From Octopus sinensis (lineage: Eukaryota): a stretch of 64,000 nucleotides of DNA. The translations under genes and the position numbers were made by a program. The stretch lies in assembly GCF_006345805.1 (NCBI RefSeq), contig NC_042999.1, forward strand, positions 118,668,001 to 118,732,000. Reading direction: 5' to 3'. Shown here one piece after another: positions 27,305 to 40,119 of this stretch. Positions within the stretch are counted from its first letter, which is position 1; each line of letters starts with the position of its first letter. The notes beneath the pieces are model-generated. The model did not search any database, was not told the origin of the DNA, and saw only the letters and a program-made list of their open reading frames with translations.

Positions 27305-27719
27305 TTTTTCTTTTTACTCTTTTTACTTGTTTCAGTCATTTGACTGCGGCCATGCTGGAGCACCGCCTTTAGTCGAGCAAATCGACCCCGGAACTTATTC
27401 TTTGTAAGCCCAGTACTTATTCTATCGGTCTCTTTTGCCGAATCGCTAAGTTACGGGGACGTAAACACACCAGCATCGGTTGTCAAGCAATGCTAGGGGA
27501 ACAAACACAGACACACAAACATATTCACACACACTTATATATATATACATATATACGACAGGCTTCTTTCAGTTTCCGTCTACCAAATCCACTCACAAGA
27601 AATTGGTCGGCCCGGGGCTATAGCAGAAGACACTTGCCCAAGATGTCACGCAGTGGGACTGAACCCGGAACCATGTGGTTGGGTAGCAAGCTACTTACCA
27701 AACAGCCACTCCTGCACCT
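27305..27719 (-). mobile_element. SINE family A (second of tandem pair)
   Basis: Head-to-tail near copy of 26878-27288. Confidence 0.85.
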
Positions 27720-27750
27720 ATATATATATATATTAAAATAACAGTATCTT

Positions 27751-27856
27751 AGAAATACCACCATGCTAGAGATAACAGTAAAAACTTGAGTCTAAAATCA
27801 CTTCAGTGTATTTAAAGTCAAGTTTTGACTGCTATCTCTAGCATGGTAGTATCTCT
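27751..27856. mobile_element. Short hairpin MITE-like element
   Basis: 39-bp inverted arms 27751-27789 / 27818-27856 with 4 mismatches. Confidence 0.6.
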
Positions 27857-27956
27857 TAGATACCCCTAATTATAATTTTAATAATAATACCTATAAGGTT
27901 TTTATTCCCATGGTGGTCACTTGATATGATTGGCATTTTAAATAACGGTTTATCCT

Positions 27957-28012
<56 letters not shown>

Positions 28013-28066
28013 TTAGTGAAGGGAAGAAATGGAGCTGAACGAAGATTCTACAAAATTCCTTTTATT

Positions 28067-28152
28067 ATTTTCTACACATGTTTCAAAGGCTGCAAATTTC
28101 CAAATTCGGATTGAATAAGGAGACCATTTTGCAGCTTTCTCTTCAGGAAAAT
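28067..28152 (-). ncRNA. Type I hammerhead ribozyme motif, long stem II
   Basis: Minus strand: ATTTTC-CUGAAGA-GAAAGCTGCAAA...TTTGCAGCCTTT-GAAA-CAUGUG-UA-GAAAAT; perfect 6-bp stem I, 11/12 stem II, GUA site. Confidence 0.75.
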
Positions 28153-28285
28153 CCAGGAATTTAAATCTCCAAAACAAATGCGCAGCAAGCTATTCGAACA
28201 AAACGCTCCCTAGGAGCCCATGGTATGGCACAAATTTTGAATAATCCGTAACAAGATAATTCATTTATCCATTTCAATAAACATA

Positions 28286-28316
<31 letters not shown>

Positions 28317-28384
28317 GAATATATGTATATAAACTTACATATATATATATACATATATGTATATACACTTACATATACATATGC

Positions 28385-28410
<26 letters not shown>

Positions 28411-28416
<6 letters not shown>

Positions 28417-28703
28417 ATCACATGACCGACCAGGCTATCAGATGTTGCTACACATCGCTGGTCACCATGCGCTTTGCATTGTTTTAGCCTTCAAATGATG
28501 CCACCCCGTTGGTTAACAGAAGAAAGAGTGAGAGAAAGTTGCAGCAAAAGAGTACAGCAGGAATCGCCACCAACCCCTGCCGGAGCCTCGTGGAGCTTTA
28601 GGTGTTTTCGCTCAATAAACTCTCACAACACCCGGTCTGGGAATCGAAACCACGATCCTACGCCCGCTAGTCTACTGCCCTAACCACTGGGCCATTGCGC
28701 CTC

Positions 28704-28706
<3 letters not shown>
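28411..28706 (-). mobile_element. tRNA-derived SINE (family B variant)
   Basis: Head GTGGAGGCGCAATGGCCCAGTGGTTAG and GTTTCGATTCCC B box; tail shared with 35843-35962. Confidence 0.8.
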
Positions 28707-28739
<33 letters not shown>

Positions 28740-28974
28740 CCAACTAAGGAAAAACTTCCTTCAGAGAGGTGTGTGAAGCATCCAGTTCACTTGTACGTCA
28801 GTTGAATACCAAATAAATATGGGTATAATGCAAATTACAACTATAAAATTAAATAGAGAGATACAATTGATAATCCAATAATTTATTTATAACAAAATAT
28901 ACTATGGATATAATATAGCATAACATAAGATATGCATTTTTTGATATATAAACGATTTCCTTGTATATAAGTCT

Positions 28975-29600
28975 CTACATGGGCAGAGTTTAAAGAAAGA
29001 CAACATTCCATGTGAAAGGATGGCTAGATTGTAAAACATTAATTCAAATGCCTATGTATTATGAGCATGAGTGTTAACTATTCAATTACATATCAATTAC
29101 AATTAAAAAATGACAAAAAATTATAATGGACAAAATAATTAAGTGGAATCTACAACTATCGAAATATATTTCTATCTATCTAAAAAGACATCTTGCAAAG
29201 AACTTGCGCATGCAAGTGCTACCAGTCAAAAACTCCACATACCAGAAGCCAGTAAGTGTATGGGGTCATTAGGTGAGAATGGGCACCGTTTTGGGGCCTA
29301 CCTCTTGACAGCATCAATGCACACCAGCTCCCCTCACTGATATGAGGCCCACTTTCTAGATCAACTGATTATCAAATAAAGCTCAATATTCTTCTAGCCA
29401 TCACTCATCGTCTCTTTTTAACCAAATCCAGTGGCTAGCCTTCTCCACTGTAGTTTGGATATCGGTCATGGTGGTACTGACTTTATGATGAGTAAGGCCT
29501 AACGATAACAACAGTGTCTCACACTGTGTCCAACAAACCCTCTACATCCAACTTCGATTGGAAAATACTCCGCTTTCCAGCTTGCATCTTCACGTTCTTT
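28975..29600 (-). mobile_element. Possible Tc1/maT-like transposase remnant
   Basis: Decayed PFSPNDPIHLLASGMW resembles WPPxSPDLNPxDxxLWG; weak. Confidence 0.35.
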
Positions 29601-30223
29601 GAGGCTAAACATTCCCTATGAACGGGTTTGGTACATGGAAACTGCATGGAAACATACATAGTTTCAAACACACACACAAAACCACGTGCACACACACACA
29701 CACACACACACACATGCACACACACACACAGAGACACACACACGTTTATCAAGTAAACACATATATTAATCCAAACTTGTTTATGTCTAAGAGAATCTTT
29801 CGCTATTGTGATATACAACAATAATATATATGTGTATATAATTAAGTATTAGGATCTTGCTTTATCTAGAACTGAAATGTGTAAAGAAAATATAGAACTG
29901 AAATGTGTAAAGAAAATATAAATGATAATTATATCTTAAATATACAATAAGTCTATTTATTTAAAGCCATTGATATAAAAGTATTTTGGTTAAAGTGACT
30001 AATAAGAATGTTCTATAATTATTGTTTATAATAATTTATATTGTTTACAGAAGGAATAATTCCATAATAGATATGAATAGAAATCTAATAAAAAAAATTT
30101 CTTTGTTTACTTAATTTATTGCAGGGAGAATTCCATAATAAATATGAAAGTAAACATATGGCTGTAAACACTATAACCTAAATACCCTATAGATACAGAT
30201 TCATCTTCGACAACAGTATCCAT

Positions 30224-30299
<76 letters not shown>

Positions 30300-30682
30300 T
30301 ATTCTTTCAGCAGAAACAATTAAGATTCAAGTGAATTCCAATGAATTCAAATGAATATGGTACTTAACTTAGATGCACCAGAATTGTTTATGGTATTAAC
30401 CATAAAATAATGTGGGGTGATTATAACCAAGAAAAAACTGTGCATCATTAGAAAGCAATTTGAGTCTGCTTATAATTTGACTTTAAATTTCATAGAACTC
30501 ATTCCTAATACTTCATGAGGATAGACACACTCTCTAGGATGTCTGGAAAACATATATGTGATTTAGCTGATGAATACTGGACATTTGTATTTGCTGCAAT
30601 ACTTGCAGCTTTAAATAAAATTGTCCTTGGTATGAAACAATTGTACTAAACTACTAATCCATTCTTGTTGCTTTTTTCTTGG

Positions 30683-30715
<33 letters not shown>

Positions 30716-30729
30716 AATGTAACAACAAA

Positions 30730-30930
30730 AGAATGAGACCTCAATATTAGAGAAATAGAGGATTATTTATATATGTTATAAATTAGAATAAAAGGTAAAA
30801 GGTTTTCATTATATGTTGCCATTAATATCCACTGAGAATGTATCATAGCTCTTTGCTCTGGCATTCGAAACTCTGAGTACTATAATGACAACCTTTTATT
30901 GTTTGTTCTAATTTATAACATATATATATA
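30730..30930 (+). mobile_element. Short inverted-repeat element containing a degenerate hammerhead
   Basis: IR TATGTTATAAATTAGAA / TTCTAATTTATAACATA; CTGA-GAATG...CATTC-GAAAC-TCTGA-GTA; 5' end GAGACCTCAATATT shared with 55165. Confidence 0.45.
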
Positions 30931-31511
30931 TTTGTGATATATATTTGGTGAGAGATTATCCATTGGCTGATAGCTTGATCTCTGACAGAATACTACTCAA
31001 AAAATCATTGTTGCTGTGAACTGGGAGAGATCTGGATTCTACACTTGTAATTCCTTTTGGTAGGGAGCCAAAAGGATTGGGTGTTGTTTGAAAGGCAAGA
31101 CAACTTGAAGGTTGTATGACGCATGACATTATCTTTTGTGGTTTGGATACTGGTCTTGTAAATGTCATATTGTTAGGTAAATGCTACACAGTTTTAGGAG
31201 TGGGTGAGTTTTCCCTGACATTGTAGACCAAACATGGGCCACATGAAACAACACATCATTGGAAAAAATGCACTACTAAGAAAATTCAAGGTAATTTTTC
31301 TTTGGCATGTCCTTCAGAAAGTCCCATGAGATGCAGTTTACTCATGACTGTCGTAGACCTTGCTTTTTACTTGAACAGCTTAAACGCAAATATGAGTGAA
31401 CCACTTGTGGGACATGAGGCAATGAATTTTTATTGTGTGGAATGTGAAAGGACTTGCTAAAAAGCATGGTTTCACTCACTCACCTAGCTGTTTCCAAATG
31501 GCCAGAAGCCA

Positions 31512-31580
<69 letters not shown>

Positions 31581-33129
31581 ACAGAAGCAGGGATATACAT
31601 ACAGATATTTAAAAATGCATAGAAACACACATAGGGCCAGTAATTCTCTCTTTCCCCAAAATACCCTTTCCACATTACCTTATCTCTGTAATTATTTGTC
31701 TTTCTATAAACTCTAGTGTTTCTGTATTTCTTGTAATAGAAAATCTCTAAGATGATATTAGATTTTATAAGGATAGATTTGAGAGAAAAAAAAAGAAGTG
31801 CCAATCAAAGTAAGGGTTTATTATTAAGAGTTATGGACTCTCATTCTTTACCATATCAAAAAAAAAAAAATTCATTTCGAAATCTATTTTACATCAGTGT
31901 ATTTTCATAGGGATGAAGTGATTGCTTGCAAAAGATGGGAAAAGAGATTCCATACCAGGATAATAACCCTTAAAACCTATTTCTTTTCCTTTTCCCAAAT
32001 ATGTGCTTATATAATCTAGTATCGCATAAGTGATATTTAGTTTATGAAAAACAGAGTTTATTGAAAGATAAAGCAATAGAGTGAAGGTAATGAAAAACGA
32101 GTGAGAGAAGTAGGGAGAAAGGGGGGAGAGAGAAAGAGAGAGAGAGACTATGATTTTACAACTATCTCTATAACATTTTTCTTCAATAAGTTGTTGTGTT
32201 TTGCTTGCAAGACCCTCTGTCACTCCCACTATAAACTTTTTAACAGATTATATTATGGAATCAATTTTTCTCTCATCACCCACTTCATTCTCTGTATTGC
32301 TTGGCATTTTTATGACATATGGTTCTCCTGGTTAGGTGTAGGCATGGCTGTATAAATAGAGCATTTGTTTCATAATTATGTGGTTCTGAAAGTCCTTCTC
32401 ACTACATGGTATCATGATATGTTTGGAAAGTGTTGTCTACAGTGGCCACAAACTAAACATTCCCTATGAACGGATTTGGTAGATGGAAACTGCATGGAAA
32501 CACACATAGTTTCAAACACACACACATTTATCAAGCAAACACATATTTATAAAATCTTCATCATATAATTTCTCATGAGCAGGAGGGCTGCATCAAACTC
32601 TCACCTCCTTTGGTATGGTTTTAGGGTAGAATGTCCTTCTTAGTACCAACCATTTTTATGGAGTGTTACTGATATTTTTTATGACGCTGGTACTACTGAG
32701 GTTTCTAAGTAATTTGCAAGACAAAAGAAAATGGAATAAGGTCCCTTGATTGAATGGAGATGTAATGGAGAAGGAAGCAGCTTTACATACACCATGTGTT
32801 GAAAGATAGAAGGGCATGGACTTTGTTATAGAGGAGATATATAGTTATCCTGCATTATATGAGGAAGGGTGGCTGGGAAAAAAGAGTTATAAAGATAATT
32901 GTGAAGAGTTGTCAGGAAATACTTTCAAAGTTCAAGAAATTGAGTTCAAGAGAGAATAGGTACAGAGAGTCAGAAAAAATGGTTGAGTAAGTTCGTACAA
33001 AAATGAGACAAGGAAAACTTGTGATTAGGGATGGAGGTAGAGGTGAATATAATGAATGGTGAAGAAAGAGGGAGGTGTAATTGGTGGTAATATATTTTAT
33101 GGCACTCCATCGGTTATGACCACAAGTGT

Positions 33130-33405
33130 TCTGGTTGATCCAACCAACGTAACAGCCAGCTTGTGAAATTAACATGCACTCTACAAACACATGTACACTT
33201 AATGTAGTTCTCAGAGAGATTCAGCATGGCACAGAGTGTGACAAAGCTGACCCTTTGAAATTCAGGTACAACCAATTTTTGCTAGCTGAGTGGACTAGAG
33301 CAACATAAAATAAAGTGACTTGCTCAAGGAAACAACACATTGCTGAAAATTGAACTCATGATCATAAGCTGAATACCCTAACCACTAGACCACACACCTT
33401 CACGA
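33130..33405 (-). mobile_element. SINE family F
   Basis: Reverse complement of 9490-9805. Confidence 0.75.
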
Positions 33406-33415
33406 TGGTGATGTA

Positions 33416-33454
<39 letters not shown>

Positions 33455-33457
<3 letters not shown>

Positions 33458-33700
33458 ATCCAAACAAGAAAGCACAAAAAAAAACACAACAACGCAAGGA
33501 CGTGGAACAAATATAGTATTATTGGACGCTCAGGAAAGAAGGAAAGAACGAGGGTTTAACTTTTCGAGCGGAGCTCTTCGTCGGAAACATAGGAGAAGGA
33601 AAGATCCATAGAAGGGAAGACAGAGGAAAAAAATCGCCAACAGTACAGAGAGAGAGAGTTCACGAAAAAAACAAAAGACGAAGACAGGTGGTGAAAAGCT
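33455..33700. mobile_element. Short repeat with hammerhead-like hairpin (Penelope-like?)
   Basis: Minus strand GTTT-CCGACGA-AGAGCTCCGCTC-GAAA-AGTT-AAAC; AAAAGACGAAGACAGGTGGTG shared with 62015-62035. Confidence 0.4.
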
Positions 33701-34199
33701 GGAACAAACACTGCATGTCATTTTATCTGGCATTCTAATAGTTCTGTTAAAACAAGGAAAGAAATTTAGGGTTGATTATATCAAACCTCAGTATTTGACT
33801 GCTACTATATTTTATCAACACCAAAAGGATGATATGCAAAGACCTCAGAGTACATAGAAACCAAAACTAAGTGTGATAAGACATTTTCTCTGACACTCTA
33901 ACAATACTGTCAAACTAGAGACAATTATACTAACCTGGTATAAATGTTATCAATTTTCAAAAAATTCAAAGCAAATTAACCATGTCAAGATTTGAACCCA
34001 ATATATAACTAAATACTAGAAAGTAATAACTTCTGTAACATGTTCAGTACATGATTTTACAATTTTATCAATTCTGGAAGGTACCCAGAATGTAGAAAGG
34101 GTAAAAATATCATGTAGTTCAGCTCGTTATCATTTTTACCATTCCATACAATCAAGAAAAACTCCTGTAAATTGTTATACTTACACAAGCATATGTATA

Positions 34200-34415
34200 C
34201 ATGAGTGGCTGTGTGGTAAGAAGCTTACTTCCCAACTACATGATTCTGGGTTCAGTCCCACTGCATGGCACCTTAGGCAAGTGTCTTCTACTATAGCTGA
34301 ACAGCCCTTCAGCTGGTCAGCTCCTGTCAAACTGTGCAACCCTTTCCAGCATGGAAAACAGACATTAAACGATGATGATGACGACGACGATGATGACGAC
34401 GATAATGATGATGAT
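34200..34415 (+). mobile_element. SINE with family A head and family D tail
   Basis: GAGTGGCTGTGTGGTAAGAAGC head joined to CCAGCATGGAAAACAGACATTAAACGATGATG tail. Confidence 0.65.
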
Positions 34416-35021
34416 GGCACTTTTTATTACTCTTTGTATCAATGACTGTTGCATCAACTAAAATGCTATATAAGAGAAAATGGTACACGTTCTAGGTACA
34501 ATGGAATGGCAGATCTCTGGGAAGAAGTTTTGAGACATTTGACTTCTCTTTCTATTGTTACATGAGTTTTAGCAGATGCTATTGTCTCACCAGTTTCACC
34601 AATGTAGAATAGATGGTAGAATTTAAACTAGCAGATCACTGATAAAGCAATTTCTCCTTTATTTTCTTCATAATTCTTAACAGAAACTGAACATCTTTTA
34701 AAATCACTTCAAATATAAAGTGATGTTTCTATTTCTTATCTGCATATTTATTTTTCAGCCTAAATGCTTATAAATATTCATATATTGATATAAATTATTA
34801 ATGAGTGGGTGGTTACAGAATGTTCATCAATTTCAAATTATTCAAAATGATCAAAGCCATTTATCAAAGAGATCCCAATAATAGTAGTGTTTAAACTTTT
34901 AGCCTATACACGCAATTACATAACTTAATATTTCAGCCATATTTGATGAATACATCTATGAATTTATTTGAACATATTGCTGAAATGTACTTAAATGATA
35001 TCATTTTATGTTTATTTCCAG

Positions 35022-35093
35022 GATGTTATATGTAACTTCGATATCAAGCTTGACTGGGAATTTAAACTTTCTTTGTTAACAGATCTTGTCAGG
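35022..35093 (+). CDS. Receptor guanylyl cyclase exon (DVICNFDIKLDWEFKLSLLTDLVR)
   Basis: tttccag acceptor, GTGAGT donor, 72 nt phase 0/0; DIKLDW.FK.SLL.DL motif characteristic of membrane guanylyl cyclases. Confidence 0.95.
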
Positions 35094-35842
35094 GTGAGTG
35101 ATTGTTTTTAATTATTTCTTCAAAATTTTCTGCTATAAAATTCTTAATGTTTTTGGATTCACACTGAATTTCTTTCACTGCCATTTTTATGACTTCCCAA
35201 CATGGTTTTTGGGATATACAGGATATATCACTACATTATGTACATGTACCATAATATAACACTTAAACATAGAACTCTTAATTGTGAGCATTAGGTCAAT
35301 GCTATAGAATAGACAAGGCAATTTATTTCTCTCACTCAAACCCTGTTCTAAAAATCTCTTTGTGTGTATAGTTATTGATTTAGCTAAAACTTCTTTCCAT
35401 GCTCTTTCTTCATGCTTTCTTGATGTTATTGATTCAAAGAAATTTTATATTAAGACATTTTAATAAAAGCTACAAAATGTTTTGGAGTGTGATATCATAA
35501 CCCATCATACCATACAGTTTCACATAATTGAAATGGTATCTATATTTTAGTTAAAATCTATCTTTGTAGTTACTATAGATGGAAGAGATATTTGTACAAG
35601 TGGAGTTGGTAAACCTTTGAGCATGTTCTATTATCATTGCATAAAATACTGCAGGTCTTTTATAGATAAATATCTGATTAAACCAAGACGGCTAATTTCG
35701 AGCATTAAAATATCACATAGTTATTATATTCTCAATACTTTTCAATAGAAATTTTAATTTAGTCAGTTGAAGATTTTCATAACATGATTCACAAGATATA
35801 TTTTCCACCCATTTTCTGCTTATTATTTTTTCATAATATACA

Positions 35843-35962
35843 CTGGCCTGCTTGCTTAGCCAGCGGGATGGCATCATTCAAAGGCTAAAACAATGCAAAC
35901 ACATTGTGACCAGCGATGTGTAACAACATCTTATGGTCTTGTCGGTCACATGATCACGTGAT
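35843..35962 (+). mobile_element. 3' tail fragment of SINE family B variant
   Basis: Reverse complement of 28411-28515. Confidence 0.7.
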
Positions 35963-36369
35963 ATATACACACACACACTAGCCTACCTGTGACATGTTGG
36001 GTCATCAATAGTTCAAGGTACTCGAAAAAAACCATGTCTCAGGAATCCGTGGTTCAATTTACATGAAACTTGTTATTCCGTGTGTATTCACTTTTCAATA
36101 ATACCTTACTTTCAAAGCATTTTCCCTATAATATGCCAGTTTGGCTATTTATAAAGATACCCAAAAACCCACATATCTCAGTAACCCATGGTCTGATTTA
36201 CACAAAACTTGTTTTATTCCATTTGTAGTCACCATACACTCAGCCCTCCAAGTATCCGATTCCTTACCTCTCCTGCTTCTGTCTCTTTCCCTCTGTTCTG
36301 CCAGATGCTCAGCCCTTGCTTTATCAGTCTCATCGATCCTTTTATTTGCATGCCTGTCCTGTTCTTGGA

Positions 36370-36878
36370 TAAATATTTCATAAAGGACCTGTTTGTACTT
36401 TGGTGTGAAATGATTTTTTCCCTCAGGTTTTTTTCAAGGGCATTCAATGTATCTTACTTCCAGACCCACCACAAGCCACTTTCTTCCAGAAAAGAAAGGG
36501 GGGAAGGGTTGTAGGGACCTCAGAGTTTTCAGGGGAAACTCTGAGTTTCCTACCAACAGTGTTTTGTTTCATGAGATTTTTCTTTTCCAGTTTATTTCAT
36601 ATGCTTTCAACATATGTGACATTGAAATCACCTGTAAATAGCCTCCTTTCCCCAGCAAAAGAAAGATTTGGCTGCTATTTCTTGTATGCCCTGCTACCTC
36701 ATAACAGCTATTTCAGGTCCTTTATCACAAATAGCTGTTACAGGGTAGCAGGGCATGCTAGAAATAGCAGCCAAATCTTTGGAGGTGAGATACGTTGAAT
36801 GCACTCAAAAAGAAAAAAACTTATGGAAGAAAATTATCTCACACTGAGATTGTGAACAGGTCTTTTATGAAATATTTA
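36370..36878. repeat. Nested inverted repeat (foldback)
   Basis: Outer arms 36370-36457 / 36785-36878; inner 52-bp arms 36662-36713 / 36729-36780 (47/52). Confidence 0.8.
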
Positions 36879-38109
36879 CCGTATTCTTAAAGTCATTTTC
36901 AATTAAAAATATTTTAAAAATATGCCAACAAAGATTTTTGTAATGTATTCACTTGAAAATAATTTTAAAAGACAGTAAAATATTGTCTGTTTAAAGAAAG
37001 CTAAAATATAAATACTTACTGTACAAACAATTTACATTTTTGAAATCACATTCACTTAAGGATATTTCTAAATGATTAAAATATTGTGTTCAACAAAAGT
37101 AAAAATAGAAACATTTACTGTAAAAAACAACTGCATTTTTTCGTTGTCAAGTTAAAGTCAATAATGTGTCTAATTGAAAGGTTAGAGTTTCTTCCCTTTC
37201 AGGGTTATTTTCGGAGTATTTTCCCATTATACACAGTTTTGGGTATTTATACTCCAAAACACCTAATATCTCAAAAAACAGTTGTCCGATTTACACGAAA
37301 CTTGTTCTAGTCTGTTTGTATTCACATTTCAAGGGAACTTTAATTCATGGTATTTTCTCATTATGTGCCAGTATAGCTGTGAAACATTGCAAGCAAGCAA
37401 GATTGAAGTTCATTTTTAATATATTGTGTGTGCGTGCGCATGCGTGCCTGTGTGTATGTGAAGAAAGTGCATAGCTGCATGGCTTAGTGATTAGGGTTTT
37501 GGGATCAGGATCATAAGATTGTGAGTTCGATTCCCAGTGGCACATTGCTTTAGTCCACTCAGAAGGCAAAAATAAGTTGTACCACTAATTCAAAGAGCCA
37601 CCTTTGTCTTCTTAAAGATGAGTGTTTCTCCTGGTCTGAGACATTCAGTTTTCTTTAACAATTGGCACATGTAGAGATCTTTCTCAGGACACTATCCTGC
37701 AGCAAATTGCTGTACAGACAAAATACATACACTATCTATGTACAACTAATGATGTTTACATTATCAGAGTTGTTTTTAATTTGAAATTTAATTTTGTTTC
37801 ATTGGTGCTATTTCACAGCACATCAGCAAATAAGCTTCACACTATTTACATATATGTCCCAGGCCAGCTACACATTTTGGTTTAAGGTGTGTTGAGTACA
37901 TAGTACCAAAGGCCTACAATAATAAGGAAATATGGATATTTATCACTCTTGTGAGTTGCCTCATACTCTGAGACATTCAGTGTTCTTTAACACCCAGTGT
38001 CATGTAGGGACCTTTCCCAGGATGCCATCCTGCAGCAAATTATTATATAAATAAAATGCATAGACTAAGTATGTACGACCAATAATGTTTATATATATAT
38101 ATCTATATC

Positions 38110-38149
<40 letters not shown>

Positions 38150-38160
38150 TATGTATAATA

Positions 38161-38373
38161 AAAATTAATGAAAGGACATACTAAGTATGTCCTATTGGTG
38201 ACTTAAGTATTGTGACTTAAATAAAAGTATGTCCAATTGATTTTGATTGTTATTTCCAGAAACAACAGTCAAAACTTTTATTTAAGTCACCAATATTCTG
38301 CAAGATTTAAATAAGAGTTTTGACTGTTATTTCCTGCAGGTAGACATACTTGGTATGTCCTTTCATTAATTTT
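38161..38373. mobile_element. MITE-like palindromic element
   Basis: 31-bp TIR (30/31) AAAATTAATGAAAGGACATACYAAGTATGTC; internal IR with GTTTTGACTG as at 27823. Confidence 0.7.
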
Positions 38374-38734
38374 AGTACTTCATCTATCTAATGTTTTTTG
38401 GGGCCTGCAATTACCTATATTATTGGTTCTGTTATTACCAGTTTTAAATTGTTACACGAGATAGTAATAGAGTCAATGATATCTTTGCAAATATTTGCTC
38501 CGAATATATATATATACATACATATAATTGACTGTTAGTAAAATGTGATGAAGGATTCAGGGAGCACCAATATTGGTAGAAATAAGAGTCAAAGAACTCT
38601 TTAACCACAAAAAGCACAATGACTCTTATTTCTAGCAATGTTGGTGCTCCCTGCACCCTTCGTCACATTTTAGAGATCGTGAATTATTTCTTTTGGGGTT
38701 TTGAATTGTGTCTAGCAGCCTTCATTATTTTATA

Positions 38735-39000
38735 TATAGTGGTTAGGGTGTTGCACTCGTGACTGCAAGATTGTGGGTTCAATTCCTAGACTGGGTGTTG
38801 TGTTATGTTCTTGAGCAAAACACTTCATTTCACGTTGCTCTGTGATCATTTTGTCATCTGACATGTGGCACAAGGTGCACCTGTACAGGTAATATCAAGT
38901 TGATGGATGGAGTGAGCTTATGTGAACACAAACATTTTATCCCTATAGATAAATAATCTGTGTGGTTGTCTGGCAAGAAATTCCTGAACCCTCATATGAG
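38735..39000 (+). mobile_element. SINE family F
   Basis: GTGGTTAGGG A box, GGTTCAATTCC B box, CTTGAGCAAAACACTTCATTTCACGTTGCTC core. Confidence 0.7.
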
Positions 39001-40047
39001 GCGTGTATGAAAAGTCTTGAACCTCAAAATAACAAAATATGGTACAAGACTTCTGATGAAGGTACAAGACATCAAGGCTAAAAACGTTTCATACACCCCT
39101 TGTATGTCATCTAATGAGGGGAGAGTTCATGATATACATGTGTCTTTTGAGGCTTCAGTTAGATTTGCAGACTGCATATGTGTGTGCGAACGTGCATGTG
39201 TGTATAGGCAGACAGAAGGACAGACAGATACACACACACACATACTCATAGAAGTACATATACATATGCATAGGTGCTTATATATACATATACATATGTG
39301 TGTACTTTGTATTGTATGATAAATAAGCTAGCATCTTGTACATTTTAAGTAATGTTTATCATTGTGCAAATATTTAAAAAAAAATTCTCTTCAAATGGAT
39401 TTTATATTTTTTCATTCTTGTATGCTTGAATACACAAACAAATTGATTATTCTGAAGTTAGCTTTTTGAGTTTTATTAAAATTTGACTTAGTTTACTAAA
39501 ACTACTATTTATATCATTATTTTGTTTTCCAAATGAATTTTTTTTCTTAATGTAAAAAGAAATTAAACTTTGGAACTGGAATTCATTTGTGATCTGAAAT
39601 GATCCGTATTTGAGTTAAAATGGGAAATCGTAAACAACTCTTTCCTGGAAGCATATCACAACATTCTAAGTAATTTTATCTCTTTCAAATAAGTCAAAGT
39701 AAGATATCAGCTGACAATAACTACTATTCTGATATAATTAAAGTAGCAGTTGCATTGATATATCTCCCCAAACTGCTCCATATTTAATTAAGTAAATTGA
39801 AGCCAAATCAATTGATCTGGCCACATGCATAATCAGTCATCTAATTCATTAAACTCACTCGAGCATTTCCTCACTTCTAAGCAGAACCTTTGTTCTAATA
39901 TTTCTGTTTTCTCTCTTATATGCTGTACTGCAATTATTATCTACTGACAAGTGGCAAATGGTAGCAAGAGAATTTCTAATTTAACCATGTTAGAATGTTA
40001 AACTTATATATATATACACACACATGTACATACACAAGAGTGCATGC

Positions 40048-40090
<43 letters not shown>

Positions 40091-40119
40091 CATACATGCA
40101 TTTATGTATATATCATTAT

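Noticed and set aside
29867-29918. 26-bp exact tandem duplication
   Set aside because: Two copies only in AT-rich intron; ordinary slippage event.
30956-31440. Possible nested gene or transposase on the minus strand
   Set aside because: Multiple stops; no motif or splice signals I could support.
39050-39150. CTGATGAAG...CTAAAAACGTTTC and CTAATGAGG...ACATGTGTC hammerhead-like strings
   Set aside because: Core substitutions and no convincing proximal stem I/II; at best very decayed.
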